A DNA stretch of 63,824 bases, filler included, from Octopus bimaculoides (GCF_001194135.2; 5 parts of 4 records of this genome joined end to end with filler, not necessarily neighbours in it); one strand, 5' to 3'. Shown: positions 11,890-24,714, counted from the first letter of the whole stretch. The notes: generated from the sequence alone by a model not told the origin. Made by a program: numbers and translations.

Positions 11890-12595
11890 AGTGCATGAAT
11901 ACACACGCACACACAAATAAAAACACATCCACAAATTGATAATCACTGAACATGCGTATGTAAAATTATAAATCAACCTATCTATCTATTCTCTCTTTCT
12001 TTCTATCTATCTTTCTTTCCATATCCCTCTCTCCGCCTTTCTCTCTCTTCTTCTCTCCTCCCCCTTTCTTTCTCTCTCTTGATGCAAATAAAAAAAACAA
12101 CGGCAGTCTCCATATTGAATTGTTTCTATTTAACGATCACACGATTTATCCAATATTATCCTTATATTTCCAAAGCTGCAGCAAGCTTCATCAAATCAAA
12201 GATAGTAATTTGTGTTGATTGATACTTCTAATAGTCTTTAGGTGCCTTTATATTGTTCCAGTTACTTTATATTTCGTCTGAATATTGATTGACAAAGTGA
12301 AACTCGGAGTAACGACTTATGAAGTTATTTAGCTCTTAGTATTGAGTACTCTTTTCTCTATCTCTCGTTTGCACTTCCGTGCTTTAGTATAGATACATAC
12401 ATGTGTGCATGCGCGCAAGTGTGTGAAAGTGTATTTGAATATACGAGAAAAATGTATCAATCCATGCAGTAGAGTTTATTCAATGGAAACTTAGACTTCA
12501 TCTCATAGCTACTCCTAGTTAATTATTTCTTGCATGTTCTTCAATGCAAGTGGAGGAAGATACAACATTCCATCGGCCACAGAATTTCAAACATT

Positions 12596-12641
<46 letters not shown>

Positions 12642-13105
12642 NNNNNNNNNNNNNNNNNNNNNNNNNNNNNNNNNNNNNNNNNNNNNNNNNNNNNNNNNNN
12701 NNNNNNNNNNNNNNNNNNNNNNNNNNNNNNNNNNNNNNNNNNNNNNNNNNNNNNNNNNNNNNNNNNNNNNNNNNNNNNNNNNNNNNNNNNNNNNNNNNNN
12801 NNNNNNNNNNNNNNNNNNNNNNNNNNNNNNNNNNNNNNNNNNNNNNNNNNNNNNNNNNNNNNNNNNNNNNNNNNNNNNNNNNNNNNNNNNNNNNNNNNNN
12901 NNNNNNNNNNNNNNNNNNNNNNNNNNNNNNNNNNNNNNNNNNNNNNNNNNNNNNNNNNNNNNNNNNNNNNNNNNNNNNNNNNNNNNNNNNNNNNNNNNNN
13001 NNNNNNNNNNNNNNNNNNNNNNNNNNNNNNNNNNNNNNNNNNNNNNNNNNNNNNNNNNNNNNNNNNNNNNNNNNNNNNNNNNNNNNNNNNNNNNNNNNNN
13101 NNNNN

Positions 13106-13151
<46 letters not shown>

Positions 13152-13623
13152 TATGTGTGTGTGAGAGTGAGAGAGTGAGAGAGAGAGAGATGGGGAGAGA
13201 TGTATCTATGTCTATATGATCCAAAATGTTCTTCCATTTTTAAGATGGAAAGCAAACATAGAGGGTCGTTAGACCAGAACGAGAGGAAAATAGTGAACGC
13301 TGTGAAAAATATTTTCGTTGAAAAGAGAAAAGATAGAAGAGAGAGATAGAAGACGTCCAGTCCTTAGAACGTTGTGCAGAAAAAGAAAGATGGACGATGG
13401 TCACGTGTGAACAACGAGAGAGAACAAGAGAAAGAGGGCGGGAGAGAAGAGACAGACAAATAAAAGACGGTTTCTAACGAATTCAATGTTTGTTTTCGTT
13501 CGGCTTCCTTGTATGTCTCAACTGTCCTGTTTTCCTTCCCAACTTTGACCCTTCATAAATTCAAAATTTTATTTGGGAATTTATGGGAGCAACTGTCTTC
13601 GAAGATTTATATTGTCGTTGAAT

Positions 13624-13788
13624 GCTCGAAATGAGGAGTAGATAGACAGCCGACAACTGATGAAGGTTCGTTCTCCGTGTTACTTGTCCTGTTTTCCAAT
13701 TTTTTCTCTCGTTGTTTGCGTATTTAACTCATTTGTTTTCGTACTTCATGTTGTTTAAACAGTTGGTGATGTCCTGTACCCATATATG
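13624..13788 (+). repeat. Dispersed repeat (second copy at 37639-37812), probably Penelope-type terminal-repeat derived
   Basis: GCTCGAAA...GAGTAGATA..CAGCCGACAACTGATGAAGG.TCGTTCT...GTTACTTGTC.TGTTTTCC...GTCCTGTAC is shared by both copies. The GTCCTGT tail resembles that of the 15-kb repeat arm. Confidence 0.6.
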
Positions 13789-13798
13789 NNNNNNNNNN

Positions 13799-13840
<42 letters not shown>

Positions 13841-13911
13841 TTTATCAATTTGTGTTGCAAGATTCCTGATGTGATATGGTGTGTTAAAACAGATATTGCT
13901 ATATTTTAGGA

Positions 13912-14110
13912 TTCTTTTATTATTTTATTTGTTTCAGTCATTTGACTGCGGCCATGCTGGAGCACCGTCTTTAGTCGAGCAAATCGACCCCAGGACTTAT
14001 TCTTTGTAAGTTTAGTACTTATACTATCGGGCTCTTTTGCCGAACCGCTAAGTTACGGGGACGTAAACACACCAGCATCCGTTGTCATGCGATGTTGGAG
14101 GGGACAAGCA
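13912..14110 (-). mobile_element. SINE family B, 3' half
   Basis: TTTCAGTCATTTGACTGCGGCCATGCTGGAGCACC...CCGAACCGCTAAGTTACGGGGACGTAAACAC. Confidence 0.9.
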
Positions 14111-15059
14111 CACACACACACACACGCGTGCGCATATATATATATATATATATATATATNNNNNNNNNNNNNNNNNNNNNNNNNNNNNNNNNNNNNNNNN
14201 NNNNNNNNNNNNNNNNNNNNNNNNNNNNNNNNNNNNNNNNNNNNNNNNNNNNNNNNNNNNNNNNNNNNNNNNNNNNNNNNNNNNNNNNNNNNNNNNNNNN
14301 NNNNNNNNNNNNNNNNNNNNNNNNNNNNNNNNNNNNNNNNNNNNNNNNNNNNNNNNNNNNNNNNNNNNNNNNNNNNNNNNNNNNNNNNNNNNNNNNNNNN
14401 NNNNNNNNNNNNNNNNNNNNNNNNNNNNNNNNNNNNNNNNNNNNNNNNNNNNNNNNNNNNNNNNNNNNNNNNNNNNNNNNNNNNNNNNNNNNNNNNNNNN
14501 NNNNNNNNNNNNNNNNNNNNNNNNNNNNNNNNNNNNNNNNNNNNNNNNNNNNNNNNNNNNNNNNNNNNNNNNNNNNNNNNNNNNNNNNNNNNNNNNNNNN
14601 NNNNNNNNNNNNNNNNNNNNNNNNNNNNNNNNNNNNNNNNNNNNNNNNNNNNNNNNNNNTTTTTTTTATTTTTTGCCAAATAATCACACGTACTATATAT
14701 ATTTTTTCTTCACTCGTTTCTTATTGTTCTTAATTTTATTATTTTAACTCATGTCCATTGTCTGGAAATCTTTCGTCACACATCTCTGACCTTTCAACGA
14801 CACTTCGTTTTCGTGAGTGTTCTTGTTCCACTTACTCCATTCTGTTCTTCTAAGATCTGCATTCGTATGTGCGCATGCGTTTGTATCCTTGTTTGTGTGT
14901 TTCACAAAATATATACTGCGTATGTTTATTTGGCAAAAAAAAAAAATGACCATCCTGAAATACAACAATATATATATAATTGTTAAACAGGACGTCAAAC
15001 ATTAAAGCAAGGCAAACATCTCAAGTCAGATACAATATTATTACAGGAAGAAATTCAAA

Positions 15060-15115
15060 ATCTTACAGCTGTTTCTGGAATATCTTCGAGTATGGGATAT
15101 TCTGTCATCAGAGAC
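15060..15115 (-). ncRNA. Type I hammerhead ribozyme motif (Penelope-associated, palindromic stem III)
   Basis: Minus strand GTCT-CTGATGA-CA-GAATATC-ccatactcgaa-GATATTC-CA-GAAA-CAGCTGT-A-AGAT: stem I GTCT/AGAT, intact CUGAUGA and GAAA, 7-bp stem II, self-complementary ACAGCUGU, GUA cleavage triplet. Confidence 0.72.
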
Positions 15116-15564
15116 AAATTGGGGGGAGGGTAATAGCATGGAAGAAGGGAGTAAAAGAATAAGGAGATGGAAAGAGAGAAGAAAAAAGAGGCATAAATGT
15201 TCATAGTTCAATTTTCCAAAGAAACCAAAGCATTAGTCCTGAGGTATAATCCTGCGTATATCCATGAGTGTAAGTCTTTAGGTGTAATCCTGCGTATATC
15301 CATGTTGGTTGAAGTCCTTATATAGTAGACATCCCAAGAAAAAGACGCGAACATACCAACGTTCAATAACAGACTTACTCTCATGGATATACGCAGGATT
15401 ACCCCTAAGGACACATGCTTTGGTTTCTTCGGAAAGTTGAACTATGAACTTTTATGCCTCTTTTTTCTTCTCTCTTTCCTTCTCCTTATTCTTTTACTCC
15501 CTTTCTTTATGTTATCATCTTATTGATATATACCATTCACATTTTCCATATTTTTCCCCAGTTT

Positions 15565-15620
15565 GTTTCTGATGACGGAATATTCCATACTCGAGGATAT
15601 CCCAGAAACAGCTCTAAGAT
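15565..15620 (+). ncRNA. Hammerhead motif, second (more decayed) copy in the opposite arm
   Basis: GTTT-CTGATGA-CGGAATATTCCatactcgaGGATATCCCA-GAAA-CAGCTCT-A-AGAT. The stem III palindrome is broken by one G>C change. Confidence 0.55.
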
Positions 15621-16619
15621 TTTGAATTTCTTCCTGTAATAATATTGTGTATGACTTGAGATGTTTACTTTGCCTTANNNNNNNNNNNNNNNNNNNNNNN
15701 NNNNNNNNNNNNNNNNNNNNNNNNNNNNNNNNNNNNNNNNNNNNNNNNNNNNNNNNNNNNNNNNNNNNNNNNNNNNNNNNNNNNNNNNNNNNNNNNNNNN
15801 NNNNNNNNNNNNNNNNNNNNNNNNNNNNNNNNNNNNNNNNNNNNNNNNNNNNNNNNNNNNNNNNNNNNNNNNNNNNNNNNNNNNNNNNNNNNNNNNNNNN
15901 NNNNNNNNNNNNNNNNNNNNNNNNNNNNNNNNNNNNNNNNNNNNNNNNNNNNNNNNNNNNNNNNNNNNNNNNNNNNNNNNNNNNNNNNNNNNNNNNNNNN
16001 NNNNNNNNNNNNNNNNNNNNNNNNNNNNNNNNNNNNNNNNNNNNNNNNNNNNNNNNNNNNNNNNNNNNNNNNNNNNNNNNNNNNNNNNNNNNNNNNNNNN
16101 NNNNNNNNNNNNNNNNNNNNNNNNNNNNNNNNNNNNNNNNNNNNNNNNNNNNNNNNNNNNNNNNNNNNNNNNNNNNNNNNNNNNNNNNNNNNNNNNNNNN
16201 NNNNNNNNNNNNNNNNNNNNNNNNNNNNNNNNNNNNNNNNNNNNNNNNNNNNNNNNNNNNNNNNNNNNNNNNNNNNNNNNNNNNNNNNNNNNNNNNNNNN
16301 NNNNNNNNNNNNNNNNNNNNNNNNNNNNNNNNNNNNNNNNNNNNNNNNNNNNNNNNNNNNNNNNNNNNNNNNNNNNNNNNNNNNNNNNNNNNNNNNNNNN
16401 NNNNNNNNNNNNNNNNNNNNNNNNNNNNNNNNNNNNNNNNNNNNNNNNNNNNNNNNNNNNNNNNNNNNNNNNNNNNNNNNNNNNNNNNNNNNNNNNNNNN
16501 NNNNNNNNNNNNNNNNNNNNNNNNNNNNNNNNNNNNNNNNNNNNNNNNNNNNNNNNNNNNNNNNNNNNNNNNNNNNNNNNNNNNNNNNNNNNNNNNNNNN
16601 NNNNNNNNNNNNNNNNNNN

Positions 16620-16693
<74 letters not shown>

Positions 16694-17392
16694 TCTCACT
16701 ATCATTCTATTGCAGGCATTTTTCATGGGAGGCTTTGAGTTCAAAGCTAATGAACCAATCGTCACTACATTCAGATTTCTTTGGTTAGAATTTGAAGATA
16801 TACTTCCCATTTCATCTTTTGATAGCTAAGTACACTGGACAATTGAAATTACAAACTTGCATAGCTCTGATATCGTACAGAAACGTGAATTTCTTTCCAC
16901 TCACAGCATATAAACCTATTCAAATTTACACATTTATTAACGAATGTTTGCCAACACCAACCAATACAACTGTAAAACAAGTATTACAAAAGAGACCCAC
17001 CCGGCAGCCTAATCTTCTAACCAACTATGATTTTTTTCCTTACCTCGTGTAGCTCTTCTCTAAGCTTCTTATTGTTGCGTTATGGTACTATTGATTAGCA
17101 TATACATCTCTTTCTTTTGCTTCCTCGTGTTACCGATTGCGACAAGCAATAAAGAAAAAAATTACGTTTATTTCACGATCGACCAGATATCAATCAGCTA
17201 ATTAATCAATCACGCAATTTCAGTTTATCAGATGCTGGGAAAATACTTTGCTCTAGGTTCGATTCCACAGTGAAACAACTTGAGTCGTCTTCAATGATTT
17301 TAGTCGATCATATCGACTCTCACTAGTAATTATGTCAGTCTGATACACATTTTATCAATTGTTTTGGTCATGCATTTTGCACCAGTAAATAT

Positions 17393-17464
<72 letters not shown>

Positions 17465-17547
17465 CGAGCTTCTGCACGGTTTATGTCTGTCAAATTTAAT
17501 TCATAAGGTGTTGATCAATTCAAAGTCACAGCGCTGCGAGATCTAGT

Positions 17548-17591
<44 letters not shown>

Positions 17592-17849
17592 CTCTTTGAT
17601 TCTTTTCTTCTATTTTAAAAAGGGAATCTTTCTTGAAATATTATAGGATCATTAACCAGGTAATATAATATCTTTTCTTTTTGTTTTTATTTATTGACAT
17701 CACCCTACATATTTTGCCTAATTTCTCACCTGCATTGCTCAATGTTTTTTCAAACATTTACATCATTTGCATACATTAAAATACTTCAAGCAAAGTACAA
17801 TACAGGAATTTATGTTGCTGGAGTTTTAGAATGTTATTGGACATAGTAG

Positions 17850-19690
17850 ATGGTGACAGACTGGAAAAAAAATTACTGCAAAAGTTGCCAAAGATCAATT
17901 ACGATATAGTATTAACATTGCTGCTCTGTTTGAGACTTATTTGGTCGGTGAAGTTGATCTAAAAGGAGAAGGAAGTGGGCATTCAGTTTTCTGGATATAA
18001 ATGCCAGAGAATGAAGGAAGAGATAGTGTAGTTGGATTTGTTATTCGTCAGATAATTGAGAAACAGCTAAAGAAACTATCATGTGATGTTTGTTACTGCA
18101 TAATGAATTTGAGTCTCTCACCAGGTGGAAAAAGACATGTTAGAGTTATCTATGTTAAAATAGAGCTGTTAAAATACAGACAGCAAAAGACAGGAAGGAT
18201 ATATTGATGGCACACTTAATTTGGTGACGCGGATATATGGGCTACAGAATTCACACTCGTGATTCATAAAGCGGGTTCAAAATAATCTGTGATCCGAATG
18301 TATTGTGAAATGCTAGACTGAACACTTCACGGACGTTTTGAGAAATCCTTCCACTATGCATGATAACATTATCAGTTTGTTTCGTCGATCTGTCATCATC
18401 AAGAAATAGGTGTTCAAACTCCGGAAGAAATGCAAAACGCTCTCAGTTTAGATGAGAACTAGTAAGGTGCTTAGCATTGATGAAACTCCCTCAGAAATTC
18501 TGTTATGTAGAAATGATAAGTGATCTGGTACTATTCATCGACTAGGTGATGTTTGGCAGGAATTGCCAGCCTAACTGGAGTGAAAACTTGCTAATATGCT
18601 GTCACTATAAGGGTGAAGGTAAGAAAAGAGAATATGAAAACTATCGGAGTATCTTTCTGTTTTTCAGTCTCTGGGAAAGTATTTTCAAGGATTCTTCGTC
18701 ATGGCTGACTGTCTATCTAAACAGAAGCTAACATAATTTTAGAGTAGGAAGGTAGATGCCTTGCGTGATTTTTATCGCGTGGCAATTACAGCAGAAATGC
18801 ATTGGACAGTGTGATGAATTTTATCAAGTGTTTATTGATCTTACAAAAGCTTTTGGCACAGTTAGTGGGGAAGTAATCTGGGTGTATAGAGAAAAGTTGG
18901 CTGCCTACCTAAATTTGTTGACATTTTTTGACAATTCAATGATGGTACAGTTGTAAACTACCATCTCTAACTGCTATTAAAAGGGAATGCAGAAAGAAGA
19001 CATCCCTGCCCCAACTCTGTTTTCGATTTATTTTGCTGTAACGTATATAATTGCTTCCCGAGACTGTTTTTTTTTTTATTATCTACAGAACTTCAAGGCA
19101 AAGTCTAAAAGATTTCCTAGATTATACATCTGATTTATGCAGGCGATTGTGACACATCAACACATCAAAGACATGTTAGACTACTTGAATGTTTTCACTA
19201 GAAATATTAGAAACATTTATTAGGAATATCAAAAAAAGAGTATGATTCCCGATACCGAAGTGCTTGAACAATCCAAGAGTTTGAGCATCAAACGTCCCAT
19301 AAAAAGCAGATTGGGATGGACTGATCACGGGTTACAATCAAACGACTGCCTGGTCCCCAAACAATTTTTTATGGAGAGTTAATAGGCCATAGTAAGTCTT
19401 GGCACAAGCCCATGAAGAGATTTAAAGATTGAAGTTTGACATAGAAATCGGAATCGAAGATTCAGAATGAATGAATGGCAGTAAATCGTACGGCATGGAT
19501 GGAAGCAGATTTATAATAGTGGAGAAAAAGGGAGGCCGACGGTATATTCTATGCAAAGTTGCTTTGTGCAGTGCATAACATAGACAACATAGAACGGAAA
19601 CGAAGAACAAAGGAGGTGTCAAGATGCACATTATCTACTGTCATGCTCTGCTGTCTAAGACTGGATTGGTAAATCACATGGCAAATCAAG
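17850..19690 (+). mobile_element. Highly decayed RTE-clade LINE (APE endonuclease and RT remnants)
   Basis: YSINIAALFET.L.GE..L.G.G.G..VFW...PENEGRDSVVGFVI (APE N-terminus), IFIAWQLQQKC...FYQVFIDLTKAF.TVS (RT), PAPTLFSIYF, RLP..Q.FYGEL....KP.KRFKD (RTE C-terminus). Confidence 0.82.
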
Positions 19691-20040
19691 TCTTTATTTG
19701 TACCAATGTGTAATCAATTCTACCTATCAAGCTATTCACTTATCAATGGTAAACAACAACAAATACTTATGACGGCACCATACACCTGTGAGATTTATAA
19801 AAGAACCTGCAGCAGGCTTTAAAAACTACTTCGGAGGTCATGACAGAGATACACTATACCATTAAGTGAAAAGAGGGTGGGAATATAAAAGATGAACATG
19901 CTCGGTAACCAGTTAACAGCCAATGTATAAGCATGTTTGTATCTTTTACCGATGTATATCAGTGAAAACTATAAACCGGTGCTTTCAAACAAAATTACCC
20001 TCTAATACTTGTTCCACTTGACTTGCACAGACGCTGCCTT

Positions 20041-20257
20041 GGCGGCGAGCTGGCAGAAACCTTAGCACGCCGGGCGAAATGCTTAGCGGTATTTCGTCTA
20101 TCATTACGCTCTGAGTTCAAATTCCGCCGAGGTCGACTTTGCCTTTCATCCTTTCGGGGTCGATAAATTAAGTACCAGTTACGTACTGTGGTCGATCTAA
20201 TCGACTGGCCTCCTCCCCCAAAATTTTGGGCCTTGTGCCTAGAGTAGAAAAAAAAAT
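20041..20257 (+). mobile_element. SINE family A, full-length reference-like copy
   Basis: GGCGGCGAGCTGGCAGAAACC (A-box-like), GAGTTCAAATTCC (B-box-like), central GCCTTTCATCCTTTCGGGGTCGATAAATTAAGTACCAG, A-rich tail. Confidence 0.9.
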
Positions 20258-20435
20258 TAAACCACTGATTACTCATCGGAAACCTGTAATCAACGACGCT
20301 GTTGTTAAGAAGTAATATGAAATAAAAAGAAAAATATAGTAAAAACCACGATAAACAATCAATCATAAAGTTTCTGCATTTTCTTACATTTCTTCAGCAG
20401 GAGGCTCCATTAATATTTCTGACCACTAACTTAAA

Positions 20436-20483
<48 letters not shown>

Positions 20484-20820
20484 TTATTTATTTGTATGTG
20501 CATTTATGTGTGTAAAAATTCATCCGTTTGTCTGCTTGTACTTTTGCTTTTTTGTGTGTGTGCTGGTGTATTTCTAACTAATTCTGAGTGTTTGACGGTG
20601 ACAAAAACGTTTTTTCGAAAGCCACCTATAATTTTCCAAACAGCATTGTTTTGAAATGACTGTCATTTTCTGTAATTATATGTTATAAAACATTTGTTAA
20701 TTCTAGACAAATACAATTTGTCAAAAAATTGAAATGAAAAGATGGACAACAGTGTTAGACATAAAAAAAAAAATTGTAACTCGATACTGAAATTCTAAAT
20801 CTTTAAATATGTGTGTATCC

Positions 20821-20866
20821 GCATGTGTGTAGGCATGTGTGTAGGCATGTGTGTAGGCATGTGTGT
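20821..20866. repeat. 12-bp tandem repeat (GCATGTGTGTAG) x about 4
   Basis: Read directly from the sequence. Confidence 0.85.
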
Positions 20867-21479
20867 GATAGTTAAATACAATGGACAAATTATAGATTAC
20901 ATTGATTTTATAATTTTTTATTTTTTCAGATATTTTTTTCTTTGCTATATATTGTCTTTCATTAAAAACTTCATCAGGTGTAAATAATGAATAACATTGT
21001 TATTCTATCCCCCATTCTCCACCATTCTCCTTCAGATGCATAAAAAGTTAAAATTAGAAAACTGCCCGGGAATATAATTCCTAAAGCCAAATAATATTTC
21101 TAATATTTCTGAGACGAATGACGTGTGCCCGACTGACAGATAAAATCGATAATGAAATCATTGTGCAATATTTTGGTTGGAAACCGGTTCATTGTTTTTA
21201 TGTAAGGAAAATTAGAATGAAGAATGCTAAATCATAAATAAAAGGACGCAGAGGCATAAATATCTGAAAGACTTTGTTGGTAGAGCAACGATAGGCATAT
21301 TGATCAAAGAATGAATTTTCATTCTCCATACTAGCCACCACCTTAAAATCAATGAATACGCTAAGTTTTCATGCTGCTTCACCGTTTCGATGGAAATGTA
21401 AAAGGAAAAAGAAAAAGAAAAAGAAAAATTGCACCAAAAGCGGAATGGCTGGTGTTTGAATAAATATTAATCTCTTTTG

Positions 21480-21625
21480 ATTAGGAATGAGGCCAACTTT
21501 TCATAGGAGTGAGTGTAATCGATTAAATCGACCCTAGTACATTACAAGTAGTTACTTGATCGAATCCAGAGTGATAAAAGGCAAAGTCAAAGCTAACGAG
21601 TTTAGACCCACGACTACAGAGGGAG
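21480..21625 (-). mobile_element. SINE family A, partial
   Basis: GTAATCGATTAAATCGACCC...GATAAAAGGCAAAGTC. Confidence 0.65.
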
Positions 21626-21720
21626 GAAAGTAAGATATAGAATATTTAGTATGGTACTCCACCGTACTTTTATGCACACTGTGTGTGTGTTTGTATACAT
21701 TCATACATACATACATACAT

Positions 21721-21847
21721 ACTAGCGTAGTTAGTGGGGGCGGTGGGGCGGTTCGCCTCGGGTGGCATTTTTGGGTTTGTTGTAGGCAATATGTGTTTTT
21801 GTGGGGTCCGGTGGGCGGCAAATGGAAGCACATACTCTAGCTAGTGT
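21721..21847. mobile_element. Small GC-rich MITE-like insertion within (TACA)n
   Basis: Degenerate inverted ends (ACTAGCGTAGTTAG ... CTCTAGCTAGTGT) around a GC-rich core, with TACA repeats on both sides. Confidence 0.4.
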
Positions 21848-22461
21848 ACATACATACATACATACATACATACATACATACATACACACTTTTTTGGCCG
21901 ACCAGAATCTTGGGAGTGAATTTGGTAGAACAGAAACTGTATGGGAATCCGTCATATATGTATGTGAATGTATGANNNNNNNNNNNNNNNNNNNNNNNNN
22001 NNNNNNNNNNNNNNNNNNNNNNNNNNNNNNNNNNNNNNNNNNNNNNNNNNNNNNNNNNNNNNNNNNNNNNNNNNNNNNNNNNNNNNNNNNNNNNNNNNNN
22101 NNNNNNNNNNNNNNNNNNNNNNNNNNNNNNNNNNNNNNNNNNNNNNNNNNNNNNNNNNNNNNNNNNNNNNNNNNNNNNNNNNNNNNNNNNNNNNNNNNNN
22201 NNNNNNNNNNNNNNNNNNNNNNNNNNNNNNNNNNNNNNNNNNNNNNNNNNNNNNNNNNNNNNNNNNNNNNNNNNNNNNNNNNNNNNNNNNNNNNNNNNNN
22301 NNNNNNNNNNNNNNNNNNNNNNNNNNNNNNNNNNNNNNNNNNNNNNNNNNNNNNNNNNNNNNNNNNNNNNNNNNNNNNNNNNNNNNNNNNNNNNNNNNNN
22401 NNNNNNNNNNNNNNNNNNNNNNNNNNNNNNNNNNNNNNNNNNNNNNNNNNNNNNNNNNNNN

Positions 22462-22508
<47 letters not shown>

Positions 22509-22666
22509 TAATCAATCCAGTACATGAGTGGTGCTTTATTTATCGTTCCCGAAAAGAAGAAAAGCAAAGTTGGCCTCCATACTACTTGAACTCAGAGACT
22601 CGGAACAACTACTACAAGGCAATCTATCTGACGCGCTAACAATACGGCCAATGCACTACTTTATAT

Positions 22667-22719
<53 letters not shown>

Positions 22720-22735
22720 CCATCATCATCGTCAT
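22667..22735. repeat. (CAT)n microsatellite
   Basis: About 22 CAT units. Confidence 0.93.
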
Positions 22736-23786
22736 CAAAACTGCTATTAAGGTAACAATCAGTCAAATATAACTACATGAACACCTTGAACGCCAACACC
22801 AATGATACCAACAAACCCATCACACAAAATTAAAAACAAGAAAAAAGTTCAGCACCACTACCACTACCACTACCTCCTCCTCCTCCTTTATCACAATCAA
22901 CGCCAACATTACTCCCAAACCTGCACGGCCACCACCAACACCGCAAATAAACCAAAACAGAAAAATAACAACGTCAACTCAACAGTAGCAATTCAGCATA
23001 TGCAGCTCAGCGTAAGCAGCAACATTTGCAGCTGTAACAAGTAGAAGAGACCATGTGATGAAAAAATAATAACTTAGGTGAAGGAGTGCCTCGTTTATTT
23101 TTTTCCTTCCAGAGTTTTACTATTGTTCTGTTATTTGTTACAAGAGAAAATGAAAGAAGAAAAAAGAGTAAGGAAAAGGAAGAAAAAAAAGACATAAGCC
23201 CAACAAAAGAACTTAACAAATAAACAAATAAACAAATGAATAACATTTATTACATACTAATTCACTTACGTTGCTAAAACCTCTCCAACTTAATTTGGCC
23301 GCCATGTTGAATTATTTGCAGCCTTGTTAATTGAAGAACAGTTACATGATCGGCTTCTGGTGTTGAAGAAAAGTGTTCCCAATACGACCCATTCATATAG
23401 TGTTTAAATGGTCAGTGATAATGAAATTCATAATTCGACCCAATGAACTTGGTATGCGGTAGAATTACAGGTCTTGCGGGGCAAAGATATGGTTGCTAAA
23501 AAAATAAATATAAAATAGCATTAGAGAAAAACGTTAGCGGTAGTTATGGGAATTAAAGGTGATCAATACATTGCTCAGTGTTATGGTTAGTTTCAATACT
23601 AGTAGTATATCATATTCTCCTTCCACACACACACACACACACACTGCTCAGCCTTTTTGATCGTCTCCTCCTTACTGCTACCATACACACAAGTATTTAC
23701 TGCTATTGTACATACAGACACGGGCACGCATCTACACATGCACACACACGTTCTTAGACACACCCGCTCGAAAAAATATATATATA

Positions 23787-24150
23787 GGCACAGGCGTGGC
23801 TGTATGGTAAGAAGTTTGCTTCCCAACCACGATTCCGGGATCAGTCCCACTGCGTGGCACCTTGGGCAAGTATCTTCTACTATAGCCTTGTGAGTGGATT
23901 TTGTATGCGGAAAATGAAAGAAACGCGTCGTATATATATACATGTGTGTGCCTTTGTGTCTGTATTTGTCTCCCACCATTGCTTGACAACCGATGTTGGT
24001 GTGTTTGCGTCCCTGTAACCTAGCGGTTCGGTAAAAGAAACCGATAGACTAAGTACTAGGCTTACAAAGATTAAGTATTGGGATCGATATCTTCGATTAA
24101 AAAGCCCTTTAAGGCGGTGCTCTAGCACAACCGCAGTCAAATGACTTATT
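23787..24150 (+). mobile_element. SINE family B, near full length
   Basis: GGCACAGGCGTGGCTGTATGGTAAGAAG...GTGGCACCTTGGGCAAGT...CCGCAGTCAAATGACT. Confidence 0.9.
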
Positions 24151-24714
24151 TAAAAGAATATATATATATATATATATATATANNNNNNNNNNNNNNNNNN
24201 NNNNNNNNNNNNNNNNNNNNNNNNNNNNNNNNNNNNNNNNNNNNNNNNNNNNNNNNNNNNNNNNNNNNNNNNNNNNNNNNNNNNNNNNNNNNNNNNNNNN
24301 NNNNNNNNNNNNNNNNNNNNNNNNNNNNNNNNNNNNNNNNNNNNATATATATATATATATATATATATAATTGAATTAATTACATACACATGTACCCTCA
24401 CACATAAGCACACACTCACACACAATCAATCACTCTTGTATTACCCTCTTGCCATTAAAACCACAATTGCCCCTCACATTTCCAATTAGTCAGCGATCAA
24501 ACATGTGAACCTAACCCACATACGTTTTTTTTTTGTTTTTTTTTTAGTACTCTTCTCTTTTTTATCCCCTTTCCTCTCTTCTTTCTCTTTCTAGTTTCTT
24601 CTGAACTTTCTTCTAGTTTCCAACGAAAGACTCAGTCCGAAACGTTCTATTTCTACGCTATAACTTTTACTTTATATCATGTTTCCTTCTTCGAGCGTCA
24701 ACTTAATAATAATC

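Larger units (their letters stand above)
15003..15677. repeat. Long foldback: two head-to-head Penelope-type terminal-repeat arms
   Basis: 15003-15277 is the reverse complement of 15371-15677 (roughly 85-90% identity by eye, one ~35-40 bp indel in the right arm). The right arm runs into the gap at 15678. Confidence 0.88.

Noticed and set aside
13655-13700. CTGATGAAGG as a hammerhead half-site (also near 37672 and 51620)
   Set aside because: No downstream GAAA, and a type II arrangement using the upstream GCTCGAAA gives no workable stems I or III.
15047-15133. Apparent plus-strand exon EEIQNLTAVSGISSSMGYSVIRDKLGG
   Set aside because: It is the antisense of the hammerhead-bearing repeat arm, ends in a stop and has no good donor.
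23295-23480. GCCGCCATGTTG (YY1-like) motif and possible DNA-transposon interior
   Set aside because: Single short motif with no termini or second copy in the window.
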